Shown here piece after piece: positions 11,690 through 25,168 of a stretch of DNA of 64,000 nucleotides (its first letter is position 1; each line of letters opens with the position of its first letter). Where the stretch lies: assembly GCA_038087875.1 (NCBI GenBank), contig JAXLNO010000073.1, positions 62,001-126,000 on the forward strand. Reading direction: 5' to 3'. The notes beneath the pieces are model-generated. The model was not told the DNA's origin. It did no database searches and was given only the letters and a program-made list of their open reading frames with translations. The DNA comes from Malacoraja senta (taxonomy: Eukaryota). Position numbers and translations under genes: made by a program.

Positions 11690-12220
11690 AGGACATAGGT
11701 GTGGTGGCGAATGCTCTCTCGTTCTTCTACAGGTCTAAGGTAGAGACCATATTGAATGGTTGCCACAGGGCCTGGTTCGGAACTTCGAAAGCCCAGGAAT
11801 GTAGGAGATTGAAAAACGTGTTGGCCATCGACCGGTCCTATCCATCACCTGAACTGTCCACCATGTAATGGATCTGCAAGAGACAGTGTTATGAAATGGC
11901 TACCAGCAATCATCTGGAACCCGGAATATCGGAGTCTGCAAACTGTGCTAACCTCAGTTTCAGGAACAGTTTCTTTCCATAGCAACCGGGCTCTTGGCCA
12001 CCACAAACACTTACTAAACTATGATCTACAAAAAGTGTTGCTTGTGCTTGAGACTTCCAGCTTTGGATTTGCTCAAATATTTATTATTTTAGCTTATTGA
12101 ACTTTCTTTTGTTCTTTGTGTTATCTGTGTGCGCTGTCTTCACAGATGTGTTACGCTGCTACAAGAAACAAATATTGTTGAGTTCTCTGTACATATGACA
12201 ATTAAACACTCCTGACTCAA
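11690..12220 (+). mobile_element. Decayed Rex1/Babar-like LINE 3' fragment
   Basis: Remnants resembling FY...ESIL..C..AWFG and '...FRNSFF'; no intact ORF. Confidence 0.5.
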
Positions 12221-13106
12221 GAAATTGGAGAACGTGACATCTTCCCTACAGCCATGGACGTTGAGAAGTCACCTGAAAGAAATGTATCAGGTTACAAGGG
12301 ACGGAGAGCAGAGATCGACTTTTTTGTCCATGGTCGGAATATCATCTTCTACAGGACATCGGTTGGAGGACAAGGTAAGAGGACAATATTTTAAAAGCGA
12401 TCTGATGGATGCCTTTATTACAGAATTGTTGGCTGGGCCCCAAATCCCTTATATAATTATATATAACATATAATTTTCTAATGCGTGCCCTCCATATCAA
12501 GATGTTAGATTAAATGATTCAAGGTTCCCGAAATTCCACTTCCATGCTCACGTCAATGGAAACGATTAATCTGAACAATCCGATTTCAGATTACTGCTCG
12601 CGTATATTGATATTTCGGAGAGATGGTGCGGATTCTATCAGGCCTTTATATTTGCTCCCCGGCACTAACAGTCCACTCGACAGAACATAAATAATGGCTA
12701 TCATCACCCATGATGACTGGGACCCTTTCCGTGAGGCACTTTGTGCCCGGACACAAAAGAGTTAACAGTAGTTGTTTGTTCAGTGAGTGTAATTAAAGTC
12801 AGTCCGCACGGAGCCCGGTTGTGTCACCGGAGGTTTCCCAGTTCCAATAAAAACGATCCCTGTTGATAGGATATGAGAGTGTCAGTGAGAGCATCCCGTC
12901 CGTCACCGACACAGAGCAACAGCTCCACAGACGGAGAAAACCATTCGGAATCTGTGAACAATAAAGTGGGATGTTAGATGGATGTTTAGGAACCCGAGAA
13001 TATTTGAGAGTGAAGTGATTGTCACCGAGTGCAATCGAGGAACAGTGAGTGCGGTGTTACACAATTGGATCGGTCTCTGAAAACGGTAGACTGGGAAGTT
13101 ACCGCG

Positions 13107-13239
13107 ATGAAGAAGAGTATGTTCTATTCGGCAGACGATATGTTTGGGTCTGGGTACAGCTTAAGTCATCGGATCTATATGTTAATCATGAATATTCAGC
13201 TTGTCTTTTATCCCATCCTAGCTCTTGTTGCTCTTCCAG
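13107..13239 (+). CDS. GPR139/GPR142-like GPCR gene A, exon 1
   Basis: MKKSMFY...FYPILALVALP ends at donor CCAG|GTAAGT (phase 1). The start codon is the first in-frame ATG and is less certain. Confidence 0.8.
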
Positions 13240-14238
13240 GTAAGTCTCTGTCTAAATTCCCGAGCAACAACAGGTGAGAAGCGGCGGTTACGGGATCCGG
13301 TATAAATGTCTGTAGCTCGGACAATTAATGATGTGTTCTATTTAAGGAATCTTCGACTGAGTAACGGGTAATGTGCTGATGCTGTCTGATTGTGGAGATC
13401 AGAGGTTTCACGCTGTTCATCACCGTGTTGCTTACCCTTTATACTTGGTATTTTTACATTGCTACCATGTCCACAGTTAATGTTATTAAAACGGGAAACA
13501 ATCGTTAACGCCTTTCCAGTTCCTGTAATTCATTCTCCTGTTGTAATTCACTGCTGCCGTGCGCCTCGCGATCTATATGCAGCTGTCGAAACTGTCCGCT
13601 GCAAACAATAAACTGATTTTATAGGAGTTTTACATGTTTTACATGTTTTACTGGATAAATTCAATCTTGAGATACTGACACGCTTTCCTTTGCATCCCTC
13701 CTCCTCCCAGGTGCGACTGAAGCGAACGGTACCTGGTGGGATCTGGCTCAGTTTCGCCCAATATCACTGTGTCTGCGTAATGCTCCGTATCGGAACCACT
13801 TATGTCCCCAACAGACTGACACTGGCGCATTGGGCCATGAATAGATGTAGAACCCTGGGCTGATTGATTCACACTAACACAACGTCCCTGCATAAAGAGC
13901 AGGACGAGTGTTTGTTCTCCAGCCCACACTGAACCAGATTCACAATGAACCACTGATCTAAACTCCCATGGTGAAGTAAGCAATGGTCAGAAACCGGTCA
14001 GATTCTTTATCCGAACCCTCGTAACAGCAGCTTCTCATCTGTTCAGTAGTCGAGTTGATGAGTTTATTTTATCATCACTAATTGATTTCGGTGAATTATC
14101 ACTTGTAGATAACTTTGTTAGAAAATCGTTTACAGCTCTGAATCCCAGAACAGGATTGTGCTTTTCATTTGCCCCTCGATGAATCTGCCGAGTTTGATTC
14201 GTCCGCTGTCATGTCTCTGTTTACTTCCCTCTTCACAG

Positions 14239-15149
14239 TGAACGCGCTGACGATTGTGGTCCTGTCCCGGGGAAAGTGCGGTCTCTCCACAGGTGTCACT
14301 CGCTACCTGATCGCCATGGCAACGGCCGATCTACTGGTCATTATTCTGGACCTGATACTGAGGCAGATTCCCATTGCTTACTTTGAAGCATTTCTGTTCC
14401 TGTACTACGTCCCAGTGTGTAATATCCACGCCGTCTTGCTTTACGCCGTCACCGACTGTTCTGTCTGGTTCACCGTCACCTTCACCTTTGATCGACTTGT
14501 GGCCATTTGTTGCCAGAAGCTGAAACCAAAATATTGCACCGAGAGAACAGCGGCTGTGGTTCTAGGGACAGTGACCGTACTGAGCTGTTTAAAGAACACG
14601 TTCTGGTATTTTATGTTGGGCGATGGGTACTTGCTATTTAATGCCCCCTGGTTTTGTGGGGTCAGTGTCGTTGTTCGTAACTCACTGGTCTGGGGAATCG
14701 GGGAGTTTCTCCAATATCTCATCACCCCCGCGATCCCATTTGTCCTCATTGTTTTATTCAACACTTCGACCATCAGATACGTGTTAGTGGCGAGCAGAGC
14801 CCGCAGCAGACTCCGGGGTCCCAGCAGTGGGGAGAGTGGCAGAGACCCGGAGATGGAGAGCCGCAGGAAATCTCTCATTTTACTGCTGGTCATCTCGGGG
14901 AATTTCATCGTGTTGTGGGCTCTCCGTGCGATACATGTTGTGTGGTTCAGACTGGCTGGATTAATTCCTAGCTGGGATTATCCGAATTCCAACATTGGCG
15001 AACTGGCCGCCATGCTGCAGACCCTGAGTTGCTGCACAAACACGGCTCTTTACGCCGTCACCCAGACTAAGTTCAGGCAGCAATTCAAAGAAGTGGTGAA
15101 ATCGCCCTTTACTCTGATTGTAAAATGTATTCAGCGCCGCGGGGTCTAG
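14239..15149 (+). CDS. GPR139/GPR142-like GPCR gene A, exon 2 (spliced product about 347 aa)
   Basis: Polypyrimidine tract plus CAG acceptor. 7TM pattern: N..TIVVLSRGKCGLS, YLIAMATADLLV, SVWFTVTFTFDRLVAIC, RRKS, SCCTNTALY. 133+911 nt splices in frame. Confidence 0.92.
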
Positions 15150-16009
15150 AAATCCGTGCACTCTCCATCCCATCTGCTCACCCTCCCCCCTCACTCCCCG
15201 ACACGCTTTGGATCCTCAGTGACCTGATCCACAGATGATATTTGTGACCCTGGTATGTCTTCCGATTCCGACAAGAGGATCTCTTCTTCTGCCCCACCAA
15301 ACTGCCCCACCAAACTGCCCCACCAAACCGCTCGCTGCCCCAGCCACTGCCGACGCAGAGCTGCCATTCCATGCGGCAGCCACGAGGGGGAACGGTCTGT
15401 CTGCCGCTGCCTCTCTTTGTTGAGAGGGATTACGCCGACGCTGCTGTCACACTGACTCAGGTCCGTCTCTTCACAGGCTCGCTCCATTAACATGGTCAGA
15501 CCAGTGAATGCCGAATGGTAAATCAGGTCGCATTTTTTCGAAATGAGAATCCCAACAGTTTTTTGCTAAATATAAAATGCTCAGTCATTCGGTCTGTGCA
15601 CCAATGCGACTGAACTCGATCCAAATATCCTCTGTCGATACGGAGTGGAATGCATGAGGTCAAAAATAGGAGCCGATTCGCATGCAGTCGTTCATTGCAA
15701 GTGTCAGGTCAGGGTAAAATGAAAAATATTCTCTCTGATTGGTTTACGGATTACATCCCCACCTCGTGCGTCTGACTGAGCTCCTGTCTCATCCTCTCAC
15801 TCCTGCTGCTGAATGCACACATCCCGTCACTGCCTTATGTGGGAGTTTCGTCCTGATGCTGGGTGATCAAATTTCCCGCGACTTACCATAAGGCGTATAA
15901 TACAATGGTCTATTCTATCCACCATGTCCGTGAGGTACAAATATCTCTCTGAACATCGTTTCAAATACATGGCACTTGTGCCTGTGGGGTAGTGCGTGGC
16001 GGGAGTGGG

Positions 16010-16605
<596 letters not shown>

Positions 16606-17052
16606 GTCAATGCGATACTGTCAATGCAACTACTGTCAATGCGATATCTGGATTAATATCCATCTGATTATTCGTCCATAATTTCTGATTGTTATTAGTT
16701 TGTTTAGTTTAAGTTTTTTTTTAATTTATTTTTTTAATTTATTAGAAGTATTTTACATTACAGTAATCTGCAATAGCATAAATTTATACAGTTCTTGTAC
16801 CACTTCTGTTTTTCAACTTTAATAGAAAAAAAAGAATAGAAAGAGCTAGCAAGGACAGTCAGTGAGTGAATGAAAAAGTGGCCCAGGAACACACATGTGA
16901 ACCTAAACCACAAGAAGTAGTTAAAGAAGAAAAGAAAAAAGGAGAAAAAAGGAAATAAGATAGGACAATACGAAAGGGATGTACCTCCTCCTTATCTTTA
17001 CTCACCCCTCGCCAGGTCCTAAAACCATTTATTATCAACATTTTGTTGCACC

Positions 17053-18781
17053 CTATGTTTGTAATAAGTCGATATATGGAGACCAAATCTTTTGGAATTG
17101 GTCTTGTTTACATGCTAGGAGGAATCTCATATCTTCTAGATGTAACAATTCCGACATATTAGAAGTCCACGTTTTTATTGTTGGCGTAGGAGCATTTTTC
17201 CAAAATTTCAGTATTAATTTTTTTGCCGTTATTAAGCCATAACTATGAAAACTCCTTTGAAACGAAGTAAGCTCCAAACTTGCTTCTATTGTTCCAAAAC
17301 GAATCAGTTCTGCATTCGGTTTCAGTTTTATTTTAAATAATTTAGTGAAAATTTCAAAAATTGCATTCCAAAATTTTTGAATTTCTATACAAAAAACAAA
17401 AGAATGTGCTATAGTTGATTCTTGGACTAGGCATTTATCACAGTTTGCAGAGGTATTTGGGTAAAATATACTTAATTTAGCTTTTGAATAATATAATCTA
17501 TGTACAATTTTAAATTGAATCAGAATATGTCTTACGCTAATCGAACATTTATGCACATATAATAGATGTTTATCCCAACTCTCTTTCGAGATTTTTATAG
17601 CCAATTCCTGTTCCCATTCTCTTCTGATCCCGTCCGATGATGGAATTTCTATATTTAAAATGGAATTATATAGGTATGATATTAAATTAGCTGATTCCGC
17701 TTTTATATTCATTATCCCATCTAATAAGTCAGGAGACATATTTTGATATTCCCGTGTATACTTTTTCAAATAGTCACGTAGTTGGCAATATTGATTATTA
17801 TTCAAGTTGTATTTAAGTTGTAATTGGTAAAATGTTAAAAAAAACTTCCATTATCATACATATCTCCAAACGTTTTAATTCCTACTCTTTCCCAATTTAT
17901 AAAAGCTCTATCTATCATAGAAGGTTTAAACGAAGGATTATTCATTATAGGTAAAAGAAGTGATAGATTTCTTAATTTTAACGTTAATTTTATTTGTTTC
18001 CAAATTCTAATTGTACTGTGAATAATTGGATTTTTACTATATATTGTATTCTTTATTTTTGTTGGTGAGAGAAGGGTCGCTCCTATGTTAAAAGGGGAGC
18101 AGTCCTCTCCCTCCATTACTATCCAATCCACCTGCTGGGCCGAATTGTCCAACAGGTCAATCATATTTTGACATTTGTGGCCCAATAATAATATAAAAAA
18201 TTGGGGAGTGATAATCCACCAAATTCCTTAGGTTTACACAAATGTTTTCTTTGGATTCTGTGGGATTTATAGTCCCATATAACATTTGTAATATCAGCAT
18301 CCAATTAAAAAAAAAAATTGGGTAAGTATATCGGTATTGACTGGAATAGATATAAAATTTGTGGTAAAAAGATCATTTTAATAGCATTTATTCGGCCTAT
18401 AAGAGACATCGGGAGGGTTTTCCAGAATGTAATCAGTGTGTTTAGTTTATTGAGTAAGGGCATATAGTTTGCATTAAATACAGACTTATATTTTCTAGTA
18501 ATTTCATTTCTTCGATTTAAATGGTATACTTTTCGAATAATGATTGCTGTGCATCTAGCTTTGGAAATATATGAAGATTGATATGTTTGGCCTATCCAGT
18601 TTGCCTTCAATCTGGCTTGAGCTTGCAGTTTCAAGTGAGTTTCTTGTAGGAATATTATGTCCGAATTGAGTGACTTCAATTGTGCAAAAATCTTAACCCT
18701 TTTAATTGGTTCATTAGCACCCCTAATATTCCAACTACTGAACGTGAATCCTCCAAATTTATTTTGTATATCGTCTTGCAT
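17053..18781 (-). pseudogene. L1 ORF2 remnant: N-terminal APE endonuclease joined to the post-RT region and C-terminal Cys-rich domain
   Basis: 'SWNIRG...DIIFLQETHL' runs directly into 'W..LPMSLIGRINAIKMIFLPQILYLFQ'; C-terminal 'CDKC...HSFVFC'. Frameshifts present and no RT core. Confidence 0.88.
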
Positions 18782-19849
18782 TTTAAATTATTTACTACCC
18801 TTTAAACATGTGGTGCAAACAATACCTCAGGTCTCTGGCTGTTGGGCGAGCATTTGCAATATTAAATTCAATTATTACATCCCTCTCAAAATTGTCCTTA
18901 AGTAAAAAAACAAAAAAGTGTACATTATTGTGACATTTAAAAAAAATCAAAAGAGTGAGGTTACAGTGTCTAAAAATGACGACACAGTGGCCAATTATCC
19001 ACCTAATGGTGGTAGTTACACAATTAATGACTTCCGTAGTTGTTAATCTACATTTAGCTCCATCCCCTTGAATAATCTTACAAAAGTGAGTTGGGACCCA
19101 TTCAAAGCCAAATTTTATGTGTCAGCCTTACCGTATCTACCATATCTTTATATTTAAATAAACCTTCTCTAATCTCCTAGCTTATCTACCATTTATGTAT
19201 GTTAACAATTATTACATTTTCTTCCTCCATACTAAATTGCCTTTGGTTGGAAGGGGTTAACCCGATTCAGGCACCTGGCTATTTGCCAAGATTCTGAACC
19301 TCCTCACCTCCTTCCGCACAAAATTTGAACTACAGTTTATCATAATTTCTAAATTAATTTGTTAGTCTGCTTTAAATCTATTTACTTATATTTAGCCCCC
19401 CTCCTCCCCTACCAGGGGGGGGAGGGGGGTCAATCCTTGCAATGAACTATTACATTTTATCAGTTAAGCAATTCAATTTTAAATCATTACTGTTAATGTA
19501 TTAATTTCAATAACATTAATTACTATAACTATATTAGTTCAGTAGTTTTTGTGTTAGTATGGAATTAGTGTAAGGATAGCATTTTAACAGTCTTTCATTC
19601 CGGATTCCCCCCCCCCCCCCATCCATCTTCGTTAGGTTGCTCATTCAGCCACACCCTTGTTATTCCATCTTTCCCTCATGTTGAAGCCGAATTTGTCCTT
19701 GAGGAGATAAGAGAGTCTAGACAGCTGCACATGGAGAAGCTGCACCATCTTAATCCTTTTTTAAAGAGTTTATAAAGTTATTTCTATCGACCTTCCCTCA
19801 TCCGTTGTCTGTAGAATAAAAACCTTGTCTTGAGGATGTGAAGTTTTGC

Positions 19850-20725
19850 TTAAGCCTCTATTTCTTTTACAATGTCTTGGGCATATTTGTATGCAGCTTC
19901 TGGATCAGTAAATTTGCGTTCGGTATTCTTATAAGTAATGATCATCTTGGCAGGATAAATTATTCCATATCTGATTTCCCTGTGCCCTTTCAAGATCTGT
20001 TGTGTATTTTTAAACGCTTGTCGTTTTTTAGCAATTTCATAAGGATAGTCTCTAAAAAGTCTGATAGTGTTCGTCCCAAACTTCATAATCTTCCCATATT
20101 GTACTTTTCTTATGGCCTCTTCCAAAGCTGAAATGTCCCGAAATTTCACAATGATCTGTCGTGGGGGAGCACCTCTTATTTGTGCCCTTAATTTTGGCCG
20201 ATTCGCCCGGCGTGCCACTTCAATTTTCGGTTTAGCTGGCAGGTCGTGTATATTTTTAAGTAAGTTAGCAGTGTACTCTTGGGGATCGTTCCCCTCTTCC
20301 CCTTCTGCCACTCCAACTATTCTTACATTCTGCCGTCTTGGCCTTGCTTCCAAGTCAAGGCATTTATCCGACGTTTTGGTCAGCTGACCCACGACATCTT
20401 CATAATTCTTCTTAATTTTCTGCATTTCTTCAGCCATTTGTAACATTGCTATTTCCATATCTTTCATGGTAGTACAACATGTTTTAACAGTTTGGTGGAC
20501 CACATCAAACTTACTAGTACAGTCTGTTTCAACCTTATCAATTTTCAAAGATAATTCACCATGAACATCGTCTATTCGTTTATTTATATTACCGATTGAA
20601 TCAATAACTTTCTGATTCCCGACGTTCATGTTCTGCACCATGCTCTCCATGCTCTCCATCATACTTTTATTAGCTGCCAAAAGTTCATTTTTTAAGTCAC
20701 TCGCCGATATCTTAATTTCCTCCAT
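19850..20725 (-). CDS. L1 ORF1p-like protein (coiled coil, RRM, CTD)
   Basis: 291 aa with 'DLEARPRRQNVRIVGVAEGEE', 'PRQIIVKF', 'IRLFRDYP..IAKKRQAF', 'YPAKM'. Confidence 0.88.
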   Translation of the reverse strand: MEEIKISASDLKNELLAANKSMMESMESMVQNMNVGNQKVIDSIGNINKRIDDVHGELSLKIDKVETDCTSKFDVVHQTVKTCCTTMKDMEIAMLQMAEEMQKIKKNYEDVVGQLTKTSDKCLDLEARPRRQNVRIVGVAEGEEGNDPQEYTANLLKNIHDLPAKPKIEVARRANRPKLRAQIRGAPPRQIIVKFRDISALEEAIRKVQYGKIMKFGTNTIRLFRDYPYEIAKKRQAFKNTQQILKGHREIRYGIIYPAKMIITYKNTERKFTDPEAAYKYAQDIVKEIEA

Positions 20726-21463
20726 TTCTTTGTCCTTTTAAAACGTTTTCAGCCATTTCAGCCTTTGATCTTGTAGTCATTTTCAGAGCTAATTCAGCAG
20801 ATACTTCTTCAAGTTCTCGAAGTTCAGCAGTTACTTCTTCAGGTTCTTGAATTTTTTCAGGTAGTGACTGTATTTTCAAAAGGTGCTTGGAGACAGATCT
20901 CTGAGGGCTCTGACAGGTAGTCGTTCTTTTCATTTAAAAATAGCTTAAACCACCGTTATTTTCGCGGCGATTTCTGATGACGTCATCAGCACCGCGACAA
21001 GCAGCTCCGGTAAGTTATTACACACGGACCCGACTTCCAAATCGATTTTAACAGCGAAAATTCTCCGAATACGGGCACGGAGCTAAATGCAACGCCTGTT
21101 CAGTCCAACATGGCGCCACCGGAAGTTTAAGTTTAGTAAGTTCATCTTTCATTCGGTTAAATACACCATTGATTATTTCTCAATGACATGATTGAATGTA
21201 AGCAAGAGTTTAATTATATGAACTATACCTGTAGTGTGATGGTGATTCGTTGGTAAATTAGTTAGAGCAATGGCAATGGAATGTAATCCTGCTACTTCCA
21301 GTGTGTGTCCTGCTTTCTGGTTCTCCCTGATTGCGCGGTGATTCTCTGAGGGAGGATCAATAATGGTAGAACATAAATTTGGGCCTGAGATACCTAACAA
21401 TCACTCACAAAACCTCCACCATCCTTTGGGAAGTTGAATGTAAGCGGAGAATATACAATTAAT

Positions 21464-22510
21464 AGCAATGTTACAACATTTTTAGATTTAAAAATTCAAG
21501 TCTGCAATTTATCCCATCAGATAAAGCATAAAAAGAAGTTTAATTTGACAACTATTTCACTTTCATATCTTCAGTATTAAAAAAGTTATGGCCATACTCT
21601 GAAATTAGCATCGTGTTCCCTATTGCTTTTCCATTGACTTAACTCAAAAGCTGTGAACGAGGACAGTCAGAAGCCCATAACTTTCTTAACAATCAAGAGA
21701 ACTGAATGAAATTTTCAGTTATTATAGATTGAAGCATTCTGAAACAAATATGAAACAATCTTACTTGGATGACCTGAAATTAAAGCACATAATTAGTTAG
21801 TTACCTAATTGTAGCTAATTACAAAATTCAATTACTAGATCTAAACATCTATCAATTTCTTAAGAAAAGGTTAACATTTTTAAATAGCCTAAGTGTCCAA
21901 ATAACATTTACACAAGAATTCACAATTTAACATGATTTTTTTATCTCATTGTCATGAATTTATAGGCCAAATGGAAGGAATTTAATGTTTAATTCCCGTA
22001 AATTAATGGGCATTTAAATCATCTTGCGAATGAGATTTTGTGGAACGCGATCGTTTGGAACGTTGCCATTTGCGGTGAATTTGAACCCCATATCGGCAGG
22101 AAAAACACTTCCGGTTCGTATTGGGCCATAATCACATTTTCGCCAATGAAATTTGGATTAAAGTAATCCTAAGAAACAAGTTTATATGTAAAATAAACGA
22201 CTTACCTTATGGTTTGTCCCCTACGTGAGATCCGTCCCGTTGTCGGCGTTGACGGCGTTAGAAGTAGCGTTTTTATTTTACTCCAGGGATTAAATTGTCC
22301 CGCGATTATTTTTTTTTACTTCAGAGAACGCGTCGGATCGATTATTCTTCAGCAGCTTAACAGCCTTAGAAAGATCGACTCCGACAGGCAGGAGAAAACG
22401 GCATTTTAGTCCCGCACTCCCCCCCCCCACACCCTCAAAGGCGCCAAAGTCGCGCACACGGCCAGTGGCAGAACTGCAGCGCCGCTGAAGGTAAGTATTG
22501 TAACATACCT
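21464..22510. mobile_element. Non-autonomous TIR DNA transposon, superfamily uncertain
   Basis: Imperfect TIR AGcaATGTTACAA / TTGTAACATacCT. Flanking duplication ACAATTAAT at 21455-21463 and 22511-22519. No ORF. Confidence 0.75.
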
Positions 22511-23299
22511 ACAATTAATGGCAATCAATGAATCCTTTATTTTTATCACGTATAATAAGGTACAGTGAAGTTATTTTTTTAACAGATGAGTGAGATTATT
22601 CCCATTCATAATTACAAAATACATGGACACATTGAGTCTATATGCAAGGGTTTTTGCCGCCATTTTCAAACACCAAATTCTGTTGGCCATCACGATCTTT
22701 CGCAGCTGCTGCCTCCATATCGTCGACTTGCGAACCGTCGCCCCTCTCCTTGCTCGGCCATCTTCAAGATTCATGCCCCCGTGATGCCTTCCTAAGCTAA
22801 CAATGAGTGCGCGTAAGTTCGGGCCACTGGTTCCTTCTTACAGACCCTTGGTCCAGCGTCCACCGTTGTATTCGAGATCTCTCCTGTTTTGTACCAGTTC
22901 CCCACTGGCTTAAATGCACGGAACTTTCAATGAAAAACGTCATTTATAAATATTTATGATCTAGCCTACTCAATATCCAGCTTTGAGAATTTCGATCTCC
23001 CTCCAAGAGATGTTCCTACGCACCTATTTATATGACCATCCATAATCTTACAACTATTTTCCTATATTCAGATTCTCCCATTGATGGATACATCTCTACA
23101 TATACCTAATGCAGGGTCATGACCCAAACGGAGACCATTCCCTCCTCCACGTAATCCCCGCACACCCCCCACCCCCAAGATTGTTTGCTTGACCAATCAT
23201 GTTTCTTCAACAGTATTATTTTTGGTCAACATTTTCCCTGTCCAGGCTCTTACGGACCTTATATGTTCGAAACACATCAACCCTCATTCTTCTAAACTC

Positions 23300-23600
23300 C
23301 AAAGTGGCAGAGTTGCTGCCTGACAGCAAATGCAGCGCTGGAAACCCGGGTTCGATCCTGACTACGGGTGCTGTCTATATGGGGTTTGTATGTTCTCCCC
23401 GTGACCGCGTGGGTTTTCTCCGAGATCTTCGGTTTCCTCACACATTCCAAAGACGTACAGGTTTGTTGGTTAATTGGCTTGGTGACTATAAAAAACAAAT
23501 TTGTGACTTTTGGGTGTAAGATAGTGTTAAAGTGCGGGGATCACTGGTCGGCGCGGACCCGGTGTGCCGAAGGGCCTGATTCCGCACTGTATCCCTATAA
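23300..23600 (+). mobile_element. tRNA-derived V-SINE (HE1-like)
   Basis: B-box-like GGTTCGATCC, central 'gtgaccgcgtgggttttctcc' domain, and a CR1-like 3' end 'gccgaagggcctg.ttccgc'. Confidence 0.85.
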
Positions 23601-23609
23601 AATAATTGA

Positions 23610-23940
23610 ATCACCACTCATCTTCTTGCGCTCCATGAAATAGAGACCTCGCCTGCTCAACCGCTCCCAATAGCTCAAACACTCGAGTCCTGGCAACATC
23701 CCCGTATCCTTCTCTGTACCCTTTCCACCTTGACAAGGTCATTCCTGTAACATGGTGCTGAGAACGGAACACAATACTCCTCACCAATGTCTTATATACC
23801 TGCAACATGGCCTCCCAACTTCTATACTGAATTCTCGTACTGATAAAAGCCAAAGTACCAAAATCTTTTTTGTCCACCCTTTCTACCTCTGATGCCACCT
23901 TCAAGGAAATGTGTTGCTGCACTCTGGATCCCTCTGCTAG
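23610..23940 (-). mobile_element. CR1 fragment
   Basis: 'LKVASEVERVDKK.FGTLAFI...YRSWE.MLQ.YKTLVR'. Confidence 0.8.
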
Positions 23941-23959
23941 AAAAACATACCCCTGAACC

Positions 23960-24465
23960 CTGCGTACTTACCCGCCGCCGGCGGGTTATCGAGGTACGGC
24001 ACGACCGGCCGTTTCCTGGTCGAGAGCCCCTAGCACGTAATAGTACCGGGTCTCGTCGACCGTTGCGCCGCGGACGTGGAACTGGGATTCCACCTGACCA
24101 AACCAAACCCCCGGCTGTGAGGTCCAAAATTTAGGCAGCTTCAGGCCTACCGCGTTGAGCTCGAGCTCGTAGGCGGCGGCCGCGGGTTGAGCGCTGTACA
24201 GTTTTGCGTGAACTTTGCCCAGGATTCCACTACTGGCCGTAGGGGTCACCGGTGTAGCGGGGACTCCAGAAGTCCAGCCAAAAATGAGGCGAAAACGAGT
24301 TGTCTGAACGAAAAAAGTGCGTATTACTACACCGTGCTGCTTCCGACTCCAACCTCGTGACCGGGCGTAACATGACCTTAAGTACCCCGGGTCGGCTCTG
24401 AAATCTTCAATTTTAGTTAAATATAAAACGCAGAGTGATGCAGGAACACAGCGGGTTAGACAATA
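23960..24465 (-). mobile_element. Truncated second Gypsy family: LTR remnant, PBS and gag N-terminus
   Basis: Gag-like 'AVGLKLPKFWTSQPGVWFGQVESQF...TRYYYVLGALDQETA'. Upstream is '...CTACA' followed by PBS-like 'cGGTGACCCC' at ~24242-24256. Confidence 0.75.
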
Positions 24466-24469
24466 GACA

Positions 24470-24735
24470 ACACAGAATAGACAATAGGTGCAGGAGCAGG
24501 CCATGTGGCCCTTCGAGCCAGCATCGCCATTCAATGTGATCATGGCTGATCATCCCCAATCAGTTCCCCGTTCCTGCCTTCTCCCCATATCCCCTGACTC
24601 CGCTATTTTAAGAGCTCTATCTAGCTCTCTCTTGAAAGCATCCAGAGAACCTGCCTTCACCGCCCTCTGAGGCAGAGAATTCCACAGAATCACCACTCTC
24701 TGTGAGAAAAAGTGTTTCCTCGTCTCCGTTCTAGG
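24470..24735 (-). mobile_element. CR1 3' end (caataga-tailed subfamily)
   Basis: 'RKHFFSQRVVILWNSLPQ...FKRELD'. The same 3' UTR occurs at ~38640-38900, ~48520-48780 and ~62620-62890. Confidence 0.85.
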
Positions 24736-24880
24736 CGGCATATGTGGAGGGAATGGATTAGGAGTTGTTTCGGGCCAGGGTTCTTCTTCAATAGGAAGGA
24801 ACTGCAGATGCAGTTATCTTTGCAAAACGCCAAATGATGCCGGGAATGCCAAGAGAGAGAGCGGGAGACCTTGAGAGCAA

Positions 24881-25168
<288 letters not shown>

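Larger units (their letters stand above)
16714..21126 (-). mobile_element. L1-clade LINE with both ends present and an internally deleted ORF2
   Basis: 5' end ACTTCCGGTGGCGCCATG, A-rich tail at ~16714-16745, candidate TSD (A)GTTTAAGTTT at 16706-16716 and 21124-21134, ORF1 plus ORF2 remnants. Confidence 0.9.

Noticed and set aside
12641..12670. TTTATAT...TCCCCGG as the same promoter module as genes B and D
   Set aside because: Orientation and spacing differ and it lies ~450 bp from the ATG; not enough support.
14169..14238. ORF-track N-terminus of gene A (and 31978-32002 for gene B)
   Set aside because: Intronic sequence upstream of clear AG acceptors; the true first exons lie upstream.
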